A DNA stretch of 63,819 nt, filler included, from Octopus bimaculoides (lineage: Eukaryota): assembly GCF_001194135.2 (NCBI RefSeq). It is 8 parts of 6 records of this genome, joined end to end, with 100 filler letters (N's around TTAATTAATTAA, not from the genome) between each part and the next. Parts side by side here need not be neighbours in the genome. Positions count along the whole stretch, not along the records: positions 48,381 to 55,064 come from NC_068989.1; positions 55,165 to 60,528 come from NC_068981.1; positions 60,629 to 62,690 come from NW_026424604.1; positions 62,791 to 63,819 come from NC_068996.1; 4 more parts are not named here. One strand, 5' to 3'. How positions within the stretch are numbered: position 1 is the first letter of the stretch; each line of letters begins with the position of its first letter. This document shows, in pieces, positions 52,054 through 63,819 of this stretch. The notes under the pieces are model-generated. The model was given only the letters and a program-made list of their open reading frames with translations. It searched no databases and was not told the DNA's origin. A program made the position numbers and the translations under genes.

Positions 52054-52760
52054 TTTTTATTGAAAGTAGCAATATAGTGATTCAAATGAGATGAAATGGC
52101 ATCTTGTGTAATTAGCAATATTTATAAATTGTAATTATTAGTCTTTTAAAGCTATCTTGAGAATTTTCATTTAGATATTGAATGAGGACAAAAGCAGTGT
52201 ATTTGCGGTTAATGTTTCATTTGATAAAGTTTTTCAAATGAGAGAGCTAACGGATGTTGAGTTTTAAATTCCAGATATTTTAAAGTTGTTGTGTCGTTAT
52301 TAACTTCTTATTTTAATTACATAATGCAAAAGTCTCCTTATTAAGTTTAATTATAGCAAAAAGTGTGATTGCTACCATAGTGAATGCGTGTTTTGCGGAA
52401 ACGTTCTCGGTCGAAAAGGTTGAGTCTTTATGTAAAATGATTTTTTTCTATGAAGCTTTCACACCATCAAGACTTCCTAATCATTAATAAAGAAAGCATG
52501 TAATTAAAGCTAATAAAACTGCTGACTATAAAAACAACGGAAAACTAAAATGTTATCTTGTATATTTATTTTTAATACAACCCGGTATATTTGTAAATAT
52601 AAAAAATAAATGTGCAAGTCAAAGTTTTGATCGTCGTTGTTAACTGTGCATATGACGATTTATTATCGGTTGGCTGATATTAACACGCATCAACAAAGAA
52701 TCTATTTGCTGAATTTATAAATAAGAGCTTCGACTCATTTTTCATTAATCCGGTGTTGCT

Positions 52761-52806
52761 TCTGGTTGAGGAGACACATCGATGTCAAAACGCCAGCTGT
52801 CCTAGA
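52761..52806 (+). ncRNA. Degenerate hammerhead motif
   Basis: TCTGG-TTGAGGA-GACA-CATCGA-TGTC-AAAAC-GCCAGCT-GTC^CTAGA; stems I and II intact, core C3U and G12A. Confidence 0.4.
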
Positions 52807-53064
52807 GTCCCTTGCGTTAATAAATCTCGTTTATCCTGTAAACACACATTCGACATGAAATGTACGTTTTGAATAATAATCTAACTTACATATTTTGTCC
52901 AAAAACCTCCCAAAAGACAAAATATAACATAGCAAATTAGACGAAGTCAATATTGTATTATATATAATAAAAATTGTTGCAAAGAATAGCTGTAGGCAAA
53001 GAATTGCTGAGATCATAAAGGTTCTGTCAGAAACTGTTATCTCAAATGAGATGCGCTTGTGTCT

Positions 53065-53220
53065 GTATGTATGTATGTATGTATGTATGTATGTCTGTTA
53101 TGTATGTATGTCTGTTATGTATGTATGTATGTATGTTATGTATATATGTATGTATTTATGTATGTATGTATGTATGTATTTATGTATGTATGTTATGTAT
53201 GTATGTATTTATGTATGTGT
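53065..53220. repeat. Degenerate (TATG)n microsatellite
   Basis: Direct reading. Confidence 0.95.
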
Positions 53221-53608
53221 GCGTATATTCAGGTACCTCCGATAGTCTAACATTAAAATATAATTCAATTCGAAGATAAACTGATGAAATGTCTGTGAAT
53301 ACTAAACAAACACTAGCTGAACTATAGATTATTTCTAAATTATTCCTAAGATCACATTGATGAAATTACAATCGTCGATGTCAAGGCCCGACCCATATCG
53401 TTTCTACCTAACTTTAATAATGATTCTAAACTGATAAAAGATACAGTATATAAAATTTAGTAAATTACCTACGGGCTGACACGACTAGGTGACATATTTT
53501 GATTGTTTTAAAACGCTGGTATAGTAAAAACCAAGTTCCAGCGGAAAATTAAGTAAGATTGCAATGATCTAAAAGCAAAAGTGAAATGTGGCACATTTAA
53601 AGAAAAAT

Positions 53609-53998
53609 CTGTGTGGTCAGAAGCTTGCTTCCCAACCACATGGTTCCGGGTTCAGTCCTACTGCGTGACACCTCGGGCAAGGGACTTCTACTATAGCCTC
53701 GGGTCGACTAAAGCCTTGTGAGTGGATTTGGTAGACGGAGACTGAAAGGAGTCCGTCGTATGTATGTATGTGTGTGCGTGTGCTTATTATTTGTGCCTGT
53801 GTTTGTCCGACCCCGCCAACCATCGCTTGACAACGTTGATGTATATGCGCCTCCGTCACTTAGCGGTTAGGCAACAGTAAACGATAGAATAAGTACAAGG
53901 CTTACAAAGAATAAGTCCTGGGGTCGATGTGTTCGACTTAAAGGTTGTGCTCCAACATGGCCGGAGTCAAATGACTGAAACAAGTAAAGGAATAAAGG
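53609..53998 (+). mobile_element. SINE family A, near full length, young
   Basis: B box GGTTCAGTCC, all modules present, CpGs retained. Confidence 0.9.
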
Positions 53999-55015
53999 AA
54001 TCAATTAAGGATATATAAACTGTATGCAAAAGCTATTTTCCATATAAAACTCAAATGGCTTTCCAAAGGAATTTCCTTAATAACATTTATAAACCATATT
54101 GACCTTCCATGAAAGCGAAAAAGGACAGAAATATTCCTGAAAAAATAAGAAAACCATAAAATGTTATATAGCTTCAATAATATTTCGAAAGCGTAAATGG
54201 GTATCAATTTTACTTCAAGGAAAATTGATTACATTGATTTAGAATAAAAGTGAATTGAAATCCATTTTAAAGAAAGATAGGAAGATTTGCACACAAATTT
54301 ATTAAAAATATATTGCTGAGCGAACATGCCTGGATTGATAGAAATAGGTTGCTTATTTAACGGAATGGATACTGAAACATATTATGGACATTTCTTATCA
54401 TTAAAGTCTGATAGGAACGAAAAATTCTTTGATTTATTTGCTTTCGAGCAAAATCATGGATAATAGATCCATTTAATCATTATATTGGTGCAGCTGAAGA
54501 ATTTCAATTAGAATTAATTTCATTATTAAGCAATAACTACAAAACTATAGGTGCTAATGAAGGAAATATAGACTTTTCGTAATTAAATAACCGTGAAACA
54601 GTATCAAAGTTTATAATCAACACCGGATTAATGAAAAATGAGTCGAAGCTCTTACTTATAAATTTATAAATTATCGTTTTTCAAAATCATATCTGGAGCA
54701 AACTGGTTTTTATTTAGTGAATATAATTCTGAATACACAAATATATAGGATGTATTTGATCAAAACGTGATATAAGAATTTAGAGCGAAACATCTCAGAA
54801 CACAGCACATTTCAAAGACAAACACTAATCTCAAGGATCTCATTAAATAGTAAGTTCGAAAGACTTTTATTTCGTATTTATTTAGTTTAGAGGTAATTTG
54901 AAACTAGAATGTGCAAAATATTTTGAAGAGGCAGAGCCATGATTGAAAGAAAGATTGAGGAATATGTTCTAAAGAATAAACTACTTGGAAGTTTCCTTCG
55001 CATGAAAAAGAAGTA

Positions 55016-55064
<49 letters not shown>

Positions 55065-55585
55065 NNNNNNNNNNNNNNNNNNNNNNNNNNNNNNNNNNNN
55101 NNNNNNNNTTAATTAATTAANNNNNNNNNNNNNNNNNNNNNNNNNNNNNNNNNNNNNNNNNNNNGAGGAGAAATATGTTTGTGGGTTATTGACATCACGC
55201 CCTGGAGGAATGAATAAAATGACAGAAGAATATCATCAAATTTATACAAAACTGTTTGATTAAATATTCTTTTTCCTTTCCTTTCTTTCTTTCCTCTTTT
55301 TTTTCTGTCTTTTTTTTCTATTTTTCTCATTTCGTTTGTTATAAAATTGAAACTTAAAAACTGATGATGTCATTCCATCAACGTGTGGACGTTGGTTGCT
55401 CTCGTTCATACTTTAAATTTAAATTTCTATAATTTTGATTTTTTATCACCTCTTATTTTGAACTTGACAACGACAGACTTACTTTCGAAATATCGTTCAA
55501 CCAATAAAATATCTATTACAATCGAATCGCGCTCTTCGTCTTGACAGTTTACCTTTGTAAAGAGTTATGTCAATCCTTTTCAAAA

Positions 55586-55663
<78 letters not shown>
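55586..55663. repeat. (TAT)n microsatellite
   Basis: Direct reading. Confidence 0.97.
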
Positions 55664-55665
<2 letters not shown>

Positions 55666-55799
55666 TTGTATATTTATTTAATATCCTTATCATTGCTCCT
55701 ATCATTTCCATACTTACTTATTTTACGATTTTAACATCACCATCATCGTCATCATCATCATCATTATCCTCATCATCATCATCATCAGCAGCACTATTA

Positions 55800-56960
55800 T
55801 TCATTCTTTAAACCCAAGTTTTGTAGGAACTCCTGGACTTTTGCATGTGTAGCGGACTTGCTACCTGTAGCCGACGGAACGTCGCTTTTTGTTCTCTTCC
55901 ACTACATAGTACTTTCTTTGTAATTCTAGCTGTGCCAAGGAGGCAAACTCTTTGCAAAAGTTCTACTAGATACTCTATTCTCATTTTCTTTATGTTCGTA
56001 TCAATAGCTTTTTATACTACCCCTAAAGCTCCAACAATAATCAGTACTATCTTCCTCTTTTTCGTCTTCCACAGTTGTGCTATCTCGTATTTAAGATGGT
56101 TGTACACTTTCACTTTCTTCTCACTTTCCTTCTATGGTCATGCAACTTCAATTACAGAACACAGGTGATTTACTCTGTCCACCACCTCTAAGTCCTGTTT
56201 GTTGTGTTCAAGTACCTGGTCCATTTGAATAAGGGAATCCCACAAGATTTTGCAAGTCTCCGACTCAGTCACTCTCTTTGGTTCGTGGTTGAACCATGCC
56301 TTAACCTCTTTCTAACCGCCACTTTTCACATAGTTTGCAACAGCAGAACTTTTGCTGCCTCATCATGTCGCCACAACATATGCTGCTATTTGGTAGATCT
56401 AGAACATTCATTAACAATATGGGCCATATTTTCATCTAATCCATTACATATTCACCACAAGGGAGACATTTAGGAGGCAGTTTGTAGCCAAAGTCTATCC
56501 TAACGGTGCAAATAGAGGGCTTTCATTCTCCTTTTTAAGCGCTCATTTCTCTACCCAGTCCCACCTATGATGTCTAGCAACTTCAGCTGAATTTCACAAG
56601 ATGGTTTGTGTAACCGCTTGTTGAGTAGTACTTCTTCATGACCTTGTACGTCTTGCTTTGTTTTCTCCTTTTCCCTGCTTTTCTCCTCTTCTCTTACCAC
56701 TACAAGTTTTGTCTCCTCGCTTTGGGTTTGATATCACAGTAAGTTCTCGTGTTCAGTATCCCCGCAGTCTTCCACATTTATCAGTTCCCTTCCTCCTTTT
56801 GTTCTCTTCATGTATAGACGATCAATATCTGCATGTGGATGATGGGCGCCACGCACGGTTAGAAGCTTTTTCTTGTTTTCCTGTTCAATCCTCTTAGCTA
56901 ATCCTTTGTCCACTTCAAAGCTCCAGCATGCGCATAAGTGCAATTCTGTTAAATATTCAT
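55800..56960 (-). mobile_element. R4/Dong-like RLE retrotransposon fragment
   Basis: 'KKLLTVRGAHHPHADIDRLYMKRTKGGRELINVEDC' and 'YNHLKYEIAQLWKTKK..IVLIIVGALG...LLQRVCLLGTARI.KKVL'. Confidence 0.85.
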
Positions 56961-57419
56961 GCTGATTACGAGGCAGATATATGCAGTTTAACTAAAGCTT
57001 GTATCATATGTACGACGATATATTTTTTCTGTTTATGGGGGAAATGGAAAATAAGACTAAATATTTATTTTACGAGTGCTGTGTAGTACGTCTATAAAAT
57101 TGTGCATAAAGTATATAAAATATATATATAAAGTGCATTAAGTAATCATTGTATTCCAATTGCTTTCACTTTTCTATGAGAAGCAATTGAGCGAATATGT
57201 TTCCATACAGACACAACACAGGTTACACTTTCAGGTTATTTAGATAAAGTCTACCATTAATTCTGTGAAATATTCACGGGTCCTGCTATTATCTATAAAT
57301 GTAGTCATCCAAAAAATATAGAACACAGATATTAAATTCGATACACACATAAAGTCTATGTACACACACACCTTCTCATCCAAATACGCATGAATGCATA
57401 AGCAATGTGTGTGTGTGTT

Positions 57420-57450
<31 letters not shown>

Positions 57451-58011
57451 CATAGAGAGAGAGGATGAGAGAGACAAAGGGAGAGAAAACTACTTGCTTG
57501 TGTTGTGTTTGAATATTAGTATTGCGACTTATGATCAATGATGTAGCTGCTACTGATGTAATTGTCATTAGTCGTTGTTGTTGTAATTGGTGTTCTTTAG
57601 TTCAGTCCTTGTTAAGCATAAATAAATGATGAAAGATATTTCAATTATGTACCATCACGCCCTTTTTGCCTATTAAAGACTAGATTGGTTAAAAGATTCG
57701 CTCCCTTTTTTATGACAGTAGAGTATTGCTTTGAGGGACTTCAGCAGCTATTTTTTGCTGGCTGAGTGACAACGCTGAGGCTCCCTTGATGGTATGATGA
57801 TATGAGGTTGAATGGAAATGGGCTTTATTCCTTGTGGTACCAGTGGAAATAGTAATTTGTGTTTCGCAGTGGATTTGGTGAAAAGAGGCGCCTCCACAAA
57901 TTGTAGTGTCGATGGTGAAGAAGTCACTGAAGGGTGAATTTTGTCAGGTGTGGCGGCATTGATAACCATATCGAGTGTCATTGTCCTAATAGTAGTTGCG
58001 TGTGAATATAT

Positions 58012-58384
<373 letters not shown>

Positions 58385-58390
<6 letters not shown>

Positions 58391-58900
58391 ACCGAGTTGT
58401 ACTCATCTACAGACATTCGATTCTTTCAGGCATGTTGTTAACTCATCCTTTGGGGTGATTGGCAGGGTGTGTTTGAAATCACCAGAGATCAAAATTGTAA
58501 CTCTACCCATATTGCAAGTGACACCTCTGAGATCTTGTAAGACGCGATCTCTTGTAGCTAGTCTTTGAGAAGTCATGCTCTGTCCTCATACTATCAGCGT
58601 GTCCATCTTTAGAACCTCTACATGTCCAGATCTGTTCCCACCATTGCACAAAGGACAGTCATTGTGGTCAAGGTTGACTGATAGCTTAAAAGTAGAATGG
58701 ACCATTCCGTGTGCAAAGTTCCAGTAGTTTCAGAAGCATTATTTGCAATATGGGTAGAATTTCAATTTTGAGGAATAAAAAAATGTACTGGGTTCGATTC
58801 CTTCGACTAAAATTTCTTGCCAGGATTAAATCGATCAAATAAGTTCTGCCTACTCCCGTAGAAGCATCAAGAAAAACTATTCCGCCCAAGTTAAATGTCA
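58385..58900 (-). mobile_element. Helitron PIF1-like helicase pseudogene fragment
   Basis: 'GGIVFLDASTGVGRTYLIDLILAR' (Walker A region), 'DRVLQDLRG..NMGRVTILISGDFKHTLPI.PKDEL..CLK.S'. Confidence 0.85.
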
Positions 58901-59559
58901 CAAAGTGTTTTGATGCTTGTATGAGATTATTTCACTCCCCGCTTTGTGTTTTTCTTTTATCTTGAACCAAGATTGATTTATTTGGGTAAACAAAGAGTCC
59001 TAACAATTAAGTGCCATAATAGGTTACCTGAACAATCCCATGATATGACTGAGGGATGCAGCTGCAGTTTCACTGGAGCTGGCAGGCTACAATATTCAAG
59101 ACCCTTACCAGCCGTAGCTGAATCCCTCAGTCTAGTTTGCAGAGGGCAGAGGTAAACTCTAGATTTTTTTTTTTTAGTTTTACTCTTTTTGTGTACAATA
59201 CGATATATCTTGTATCGACCTGTCATGGTGGTTATGCTGAGGATTGAATGATTAAGAGACGCATAATATTTTAGCAAAAATGTTTTTCATTTAGCTTGGA
59301 AAATGTGAGATTGCAGTCGCTTCCAACATAATTTTCCAGTTTGCATCATCTTCCAGAAGGCATCTTCACCGACAAGCTTTTCAGTGTGTTGCACAGACAT
59401 ATCAGTCAACTATTTTAAGGCCCTAGAATTAGTTTAGGCCACGAATATTGTGAAGTAGTTGCCAGAGATTTACATAAATTATTAGAATTCATCATTTCAA
59501 AATTATATCTACAAACAGTTTGTGCTTTTCTACCATCATTATGGTCATCGTCATTGTCA

Positions 59560-59790
59560 TCATCATCATCATCATTTTAACATTCACTTTCCGTGCCTTC
59601 ATGAGTCGGACAAAGTTTATTGAGGAAGATTTTTTATGGTCGGTTGCGCTTCCTGTCACCAGCCCTTACCTGTTTCCAAGGTAATATTTCCTCATGACCA
59701 GATATATAGCCGCAGAATACTGGAAATGAACGACACTGCTTGATAGACAGCGACACTCATTTACAACTCTCAAAACAAGGACGCACGAAC
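59560..59790 (-). mobile_element. Retroposon remnant with (GAT)n tail
   Basis: (CAT)n followed by 'ttttaacattcacttccgtgcc...atggtcggttgcgcttcctgtcacc', similar in type to the RTE-like tails elsewhere in the window. Confidence 0.45.
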
Positions 59791-59940
59791 ACACTGTCGC
59801 TCTCTTTCTCACACACCTATACATACACACATATACACATATATGATACAAACCAGAAGATATTCTTTTGGAATCCATAATTGTCATTAGAAGATATACT
59901 GGGCAAATTACCCTTACAAGGCGGAAAAAATTTGTCAACA

Positions 59941-60011
59941 AACAACCATGAGATTCGAACTCATATCTCCCAATACTCCCGTTTAATGCTTCACCATTAA
60001 GCTAAATTGCC
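59941..60011 (-). pseudogene. tRNA-like sequence (71 nt) with degenerate anticodon arm and downstream T6
   Basis: GGCAATT-TA-GCTT-AATGGTG-AAGC-A-TTAAA-CGGGAGT-ATTGG-GAGAT-ATGAG-TTCGAAT-CTCAT-GGTTGTT; perfect D and T stems; acceptor pairs with 4 G-U; TTTTTT 10 nt downstream. Confidence 0.65.
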
Positions 60012-60658
60012 CGTTGGAATATTCATCCGCCTATTAGGCGCTTAAATAGCGGCAATTATGCGTCCGAAAAATATATCTTGTTTGCATCGTACAATACACA
60101 TTTCAACGCTTTTAATAAAACAAATGTTAGTTTGTTAATTTTTATACGCATGTGTTGTTCAATAAGCAATTTAAGCGTCTAATCGGCGGATGAATTTGTT
60201 GATAAAATAAGTAAATAAGTACTAGTCGAGCACTGGGGCCGATGTAATCGACTTATTAAATTCCTAAATTCACTACTTCCTAAATTCAGTAAGTTTATTT
60301 AAACGTTCCGAGAGTCCAAAAAGTTTCTACGCATTTTGAAGAGATGAAATGTTGGACAACACTGAACTCACATTGCAGCGTAATCAGTTGTAAAAAACCA
60401 TAGGTACAACAGAGGTTGAACAACCAGAAACCAACGACACTTCAGGATTTTATGCGAGTATACGTGTCTGTGTGTGTGCATGTATGTATATTCATATGTG
60501 TGTGGGTTCATATATATATATATATATANNNNNNNNNNNNNNNNNNNNNNNNNNNNNNNNNNNNNNNNNNNNTTAATTAATTAANNNNNNNNNNNNNNNN
60601 NNNNNNNNNNNNNNNNNNNNNNNNNNNNATATGTATATATATATGTATGTATATATAT

Positions 60659-60885
60659 ATTCTTTTATTCTTTTACACATTTCAGCCAATTCACTGTGAC
60701 CATGCTGGACCACCACTTTGAAAAGTTTTAGTCGAAGAAACCGACCCCAGGACTTATTCTTTGTAAGCCTACTACTTATTCTATCAATCTCTTTTGCCAA
60801 ACCGCTAAGTTATGGGGGCATAAACACCCCAGATTCAGTTGTCAGGCAATGGTGTGAGGACAAACACTGACACAAAGATCCACAT
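60659..60885 (-). mobile_element. SINE family A 3' half
   Basis: Reverse complement of the family-A 3' modules. Confidence 0.8.
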
Positions 60886-61082
60886 ACAAATATATATACA
60901 TATATGTGTTTTCCAAAATGGAGGTGAACACCTTTCCCCATGTGGTTGGCTTAAAAAATTGTTAAGGCACTAGGATATTTTCCTACTTTACTGAACATGA
61001 AACCAATGGTAGCTTTAATTCACAAATCCAAAATTATATCCACCAATGTGGTGCTGAGCACTCATTTTCATTGTTCAACATT

Positions 61083-61131
<49 letters not shown>

Positions 61132-61830
61132 AGATAGATAGATAGATATTGAATTATATTTATATAAGGGCATTACTATGGAATAATGCCACACACCAGA
61201 CTTCCCAAATAAACACAATGCCCTTATATAAATATAGATGAATAATTATATTCTTGGGAATAAAAAAATGATGGATTTTTCCCTTATGAATGTTTTACAC
61301 ACTAGCTTCCTGACAAAATTCTTGTAAAAGATTTTTATCCCATTATTGNNNNNNNNNNNNNNNNNNNNNNNNNNNNNNNNNNNNNNNNNNNNNNNNNNNN
61401 NNNNNNNNNNNNNNNNNNNNNNNNNNNNNNNNNNNNNNNNNNNNNNNNNNNNNNNNNNNNNNNNNNNNNNNNNNNNNNNNNNNNNNNNNNNNNNNNNNNN
61501 NNNNNNNNNNNNNNNNNNNNNNNNNNNNNNNNNNNNNNNNNNNNNNNNNNNNNNNNNNNNNNNNNNNNNNNNNNNNNNNNNNNNNNNNNNNNNNNNNNNN
61601 NNNNNNNNNNNNNNNNNNNNNNNNNNNNNNNNNNNNNNNNNNNNNNNNNNNNNNNNNNNNNNNNNNNNNNNNNNNNNNNNNNNNNNNNNNNNNNNNNNNN
61701 NNNNNNNNNNNNNNNNNNNNNNNNNNNNNNNNNNNNNNNNNNNNNNNNNNNNNNNNNNNNNNNNNNNNNNNNNNNNNNNNNNNNNNNNNNNNNNNNNNNN
61801 NNNNNNNNNNNNNNNNNNNNNNNNNNNNNN

Positions 61831-62029
61831 CATCATAACTATTATGATTATCATCATCATCACCATCATCGTCGTCGTTATCATCATCACAATTATTTTT
61901 GTCGTGATGATGGTGATGATGATGATGATGATGATGATCATCATCATCATCATCATCATCACCGTCATCTCCATCTTATTCACTCACAATCTTCATGGTC
62001 ATAATCATCATCATTATCACCACTACCAC

Positions 62030-62063
<34 letters not shown>

Positions 62064-62460
62064 GTTGTCATCATTGTCATCGTCATCATCAACACCACCA
62101 CCAGCTTCACCACCACCATCACCACCATGAACACAAATATAAATGCCATCATCCTTATTATCTAAATTATGACAACTACCAATATCATCATCATCATCAT
62201 CATAACCATTGTCATTATCATGTGTACTACTGACACCACCACCAGCACCACCACCATCATTAATACCACTACCATTATTTATTTCCACCACAACCATCAA
62301 CATCAATAATCCTCATCATGATGGCCACCACAGATGCTGCTTCCCCTCCACTATCCCCACCGCTACCATCAACATAGCTCCATTAGCATCACCACCACCA
62401 TCACCATTATCAGTATCGAAGCCACCATCACTATCAATGCAACCACCACTGCCATATATG
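61831..62460. repeat. Degenerate (CAT)n/(CAC)n trinucleotide block
   Basis: Direct reading; source of the poly-H/I/M/D pseudo-ORFs. Confidence 0.95.
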
Positions 62461-62790
62461 GCATATGCTTTTCCCCTCCTGCCCCAGTTACTATGTCCAA
62501 CTTTCTATCACTAACACCAATACAGAAATGTTCTTATCCTCCCCTCATCCTCACCTTAATTTATTTTTTTTAATCGGATTAAACATGTTTGGTATTTCTC
62601 TGATAATCCTTTGGAAACAGAATAATGAAACTAGAAAATTTCACAGAAATGCATATAAATATATATATATATATATATATATTTATTTATNNNNNNNNNN
62701 NNNNNNNNNNNNNNNNNNNNNNNNNNNNNNNNNNTTAATTAATTAANNNNNNNNNNNNNNNNNNNNNNNNNNNNNNNNNNNNNNNNNNNN

Positions 62791-62960
62791 CCTCTCTCTT
62801 CCTCTCCCTCTCTCTTCCTCTCCCTCTCTCTTCCTCTCCCTCTCTCTTCCTCTCCCTCTCTCTTCCTCTCCTCCTCCTCCTCCTCTCTCCCTCTCTCTTC
62901 CTCTCCTCCTCCTCCTCCTCCTCTCTCCCTCTCTCTTCCTCTCCTCCTCCTCCTCTCTTC
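62791..62960. repeat. Pure-pyrimidine 16-bp minisatellite (CCTCTCTCTTCCTCTC)n grading into (CCT)n
   Basis: Direct reading. Confidence 0.95.
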
Positions 62961-63653
62961 ATCATTCTCAGCCATTCTTCCTTTCTCCCCACCATTTTCC
63001 CTTTATCTCACATATTTGTTTTATATCTTGTCTTTCTTTTCATCCTGACACTTTTCACACACTAGCACCTCCTCCCTCTACCACCCCTCCCTCTCTCTCT
63101 CTCTCTGCGCCTCTTTTTCTATCTTCCTTTCTGTTTCTCCCTCAGTATCTTTTATGACCTTAATTAAATAAATGTTTCTTTGTTAGAATAAAGAAAAAAA
63201 TTCTAAAAAAAAAAACAAAAAACGGAAATAATGAAAAATACTAAAGTTTTCATCTTTGGGTATGTTGATTTGTTTTTGCTAATTTCATTTATTTATTTAG
63301 TCTATCACCATCGTCATGGTCATCACCACCACCACCACCATCACCACCACTATCACCACCACCATCACCACCACAATAACAAGAACCATCACAACCACTA
63401 CTACCACCGCCACCCACTTCATCATCATCATCATCATCATTATCATCACCGATTTAGTTCGACGCTGCAATTAATCGCTTTGACATATCACATTAAGTGT
63501 TTGTTTTCTGAGTTCGAATTTCAAGGTGGACCTTGCATTTTATCCGTCCTGGGAGGTAATTGCCCAGTAATATACCTGTGTCGGTATATACACACACACC
63601 TACATACATACATACATACATACATACATACATACATACATGCACACACACAC

Positions 63654-63696
<43 letters not shown>

Positions 63697-63819
63697 TTGC
63701 AAGATTTTTTATGTGAAATCGTGTGTTGAAACAGATGTTGTTGTACTTGGGGATGGTCATATTGCCAGTTTAGCCAATAAAAACACACGCACTGTATATT
63801 TGGTGTTAATTTTTTTTTT

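Noticed and set aside
53281-53320. Exact CTGATGA
   Set aside because: No stem II, GAAA or stem I complement follows.

Overview
Repeat-saturated, AT-rich eukaryotic genomic DNA from a gapped draft assembly (many N runs; seven artificial TTAATTAATTAA scaffold linkers). It is very rich in (TA)n, (CA)n, (TACA)n, (AAT)n and (CAT)n microsatellites. The SINE and LINE families look like those of an octopus/coleoid cephalopod (inference from recalled repeat sequences, no search run). No intact protein-coding gene, rRNA or CRISPR array is recognisable, and nearly all ORF-track entries are microsatellite or gap artefacts. Recognisable content: tRNA-derived SINEs of at least three families; LINE fragments (RTE, RTE-X-like endonuclease, Tx1/L1, R4/Dong-like RLE); Penelope-like element (PLE) remnants; Tc1/mariner remnants (mariner, maT/DD37D, Tigger-like end); and Helitrons (one complete non-autonomous copy, one helicase fragment). 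Most notable: (1) six minimal type I hammerhead-ribozyme-like motifs, most in PLE-like context, most with a self-complementary stem III and several with non-canonical catalytic cores (A6U twice, U3-A8, U3C4); (2) recurrent fold-back structures, including a perfect 127-bp inverted repeat and an ~80-bp-arm inverted repeat enclosing a hammerhead; (3) a stand-alone tRNA-like Pol III unit with a broken anticodon arm; (4) an ~17-kb CpG-depleted domain (about 20.1-37.2 kb) containing a chain of plus-strand splice-site pairs, suggesting an unannotated methylated transcription unit.
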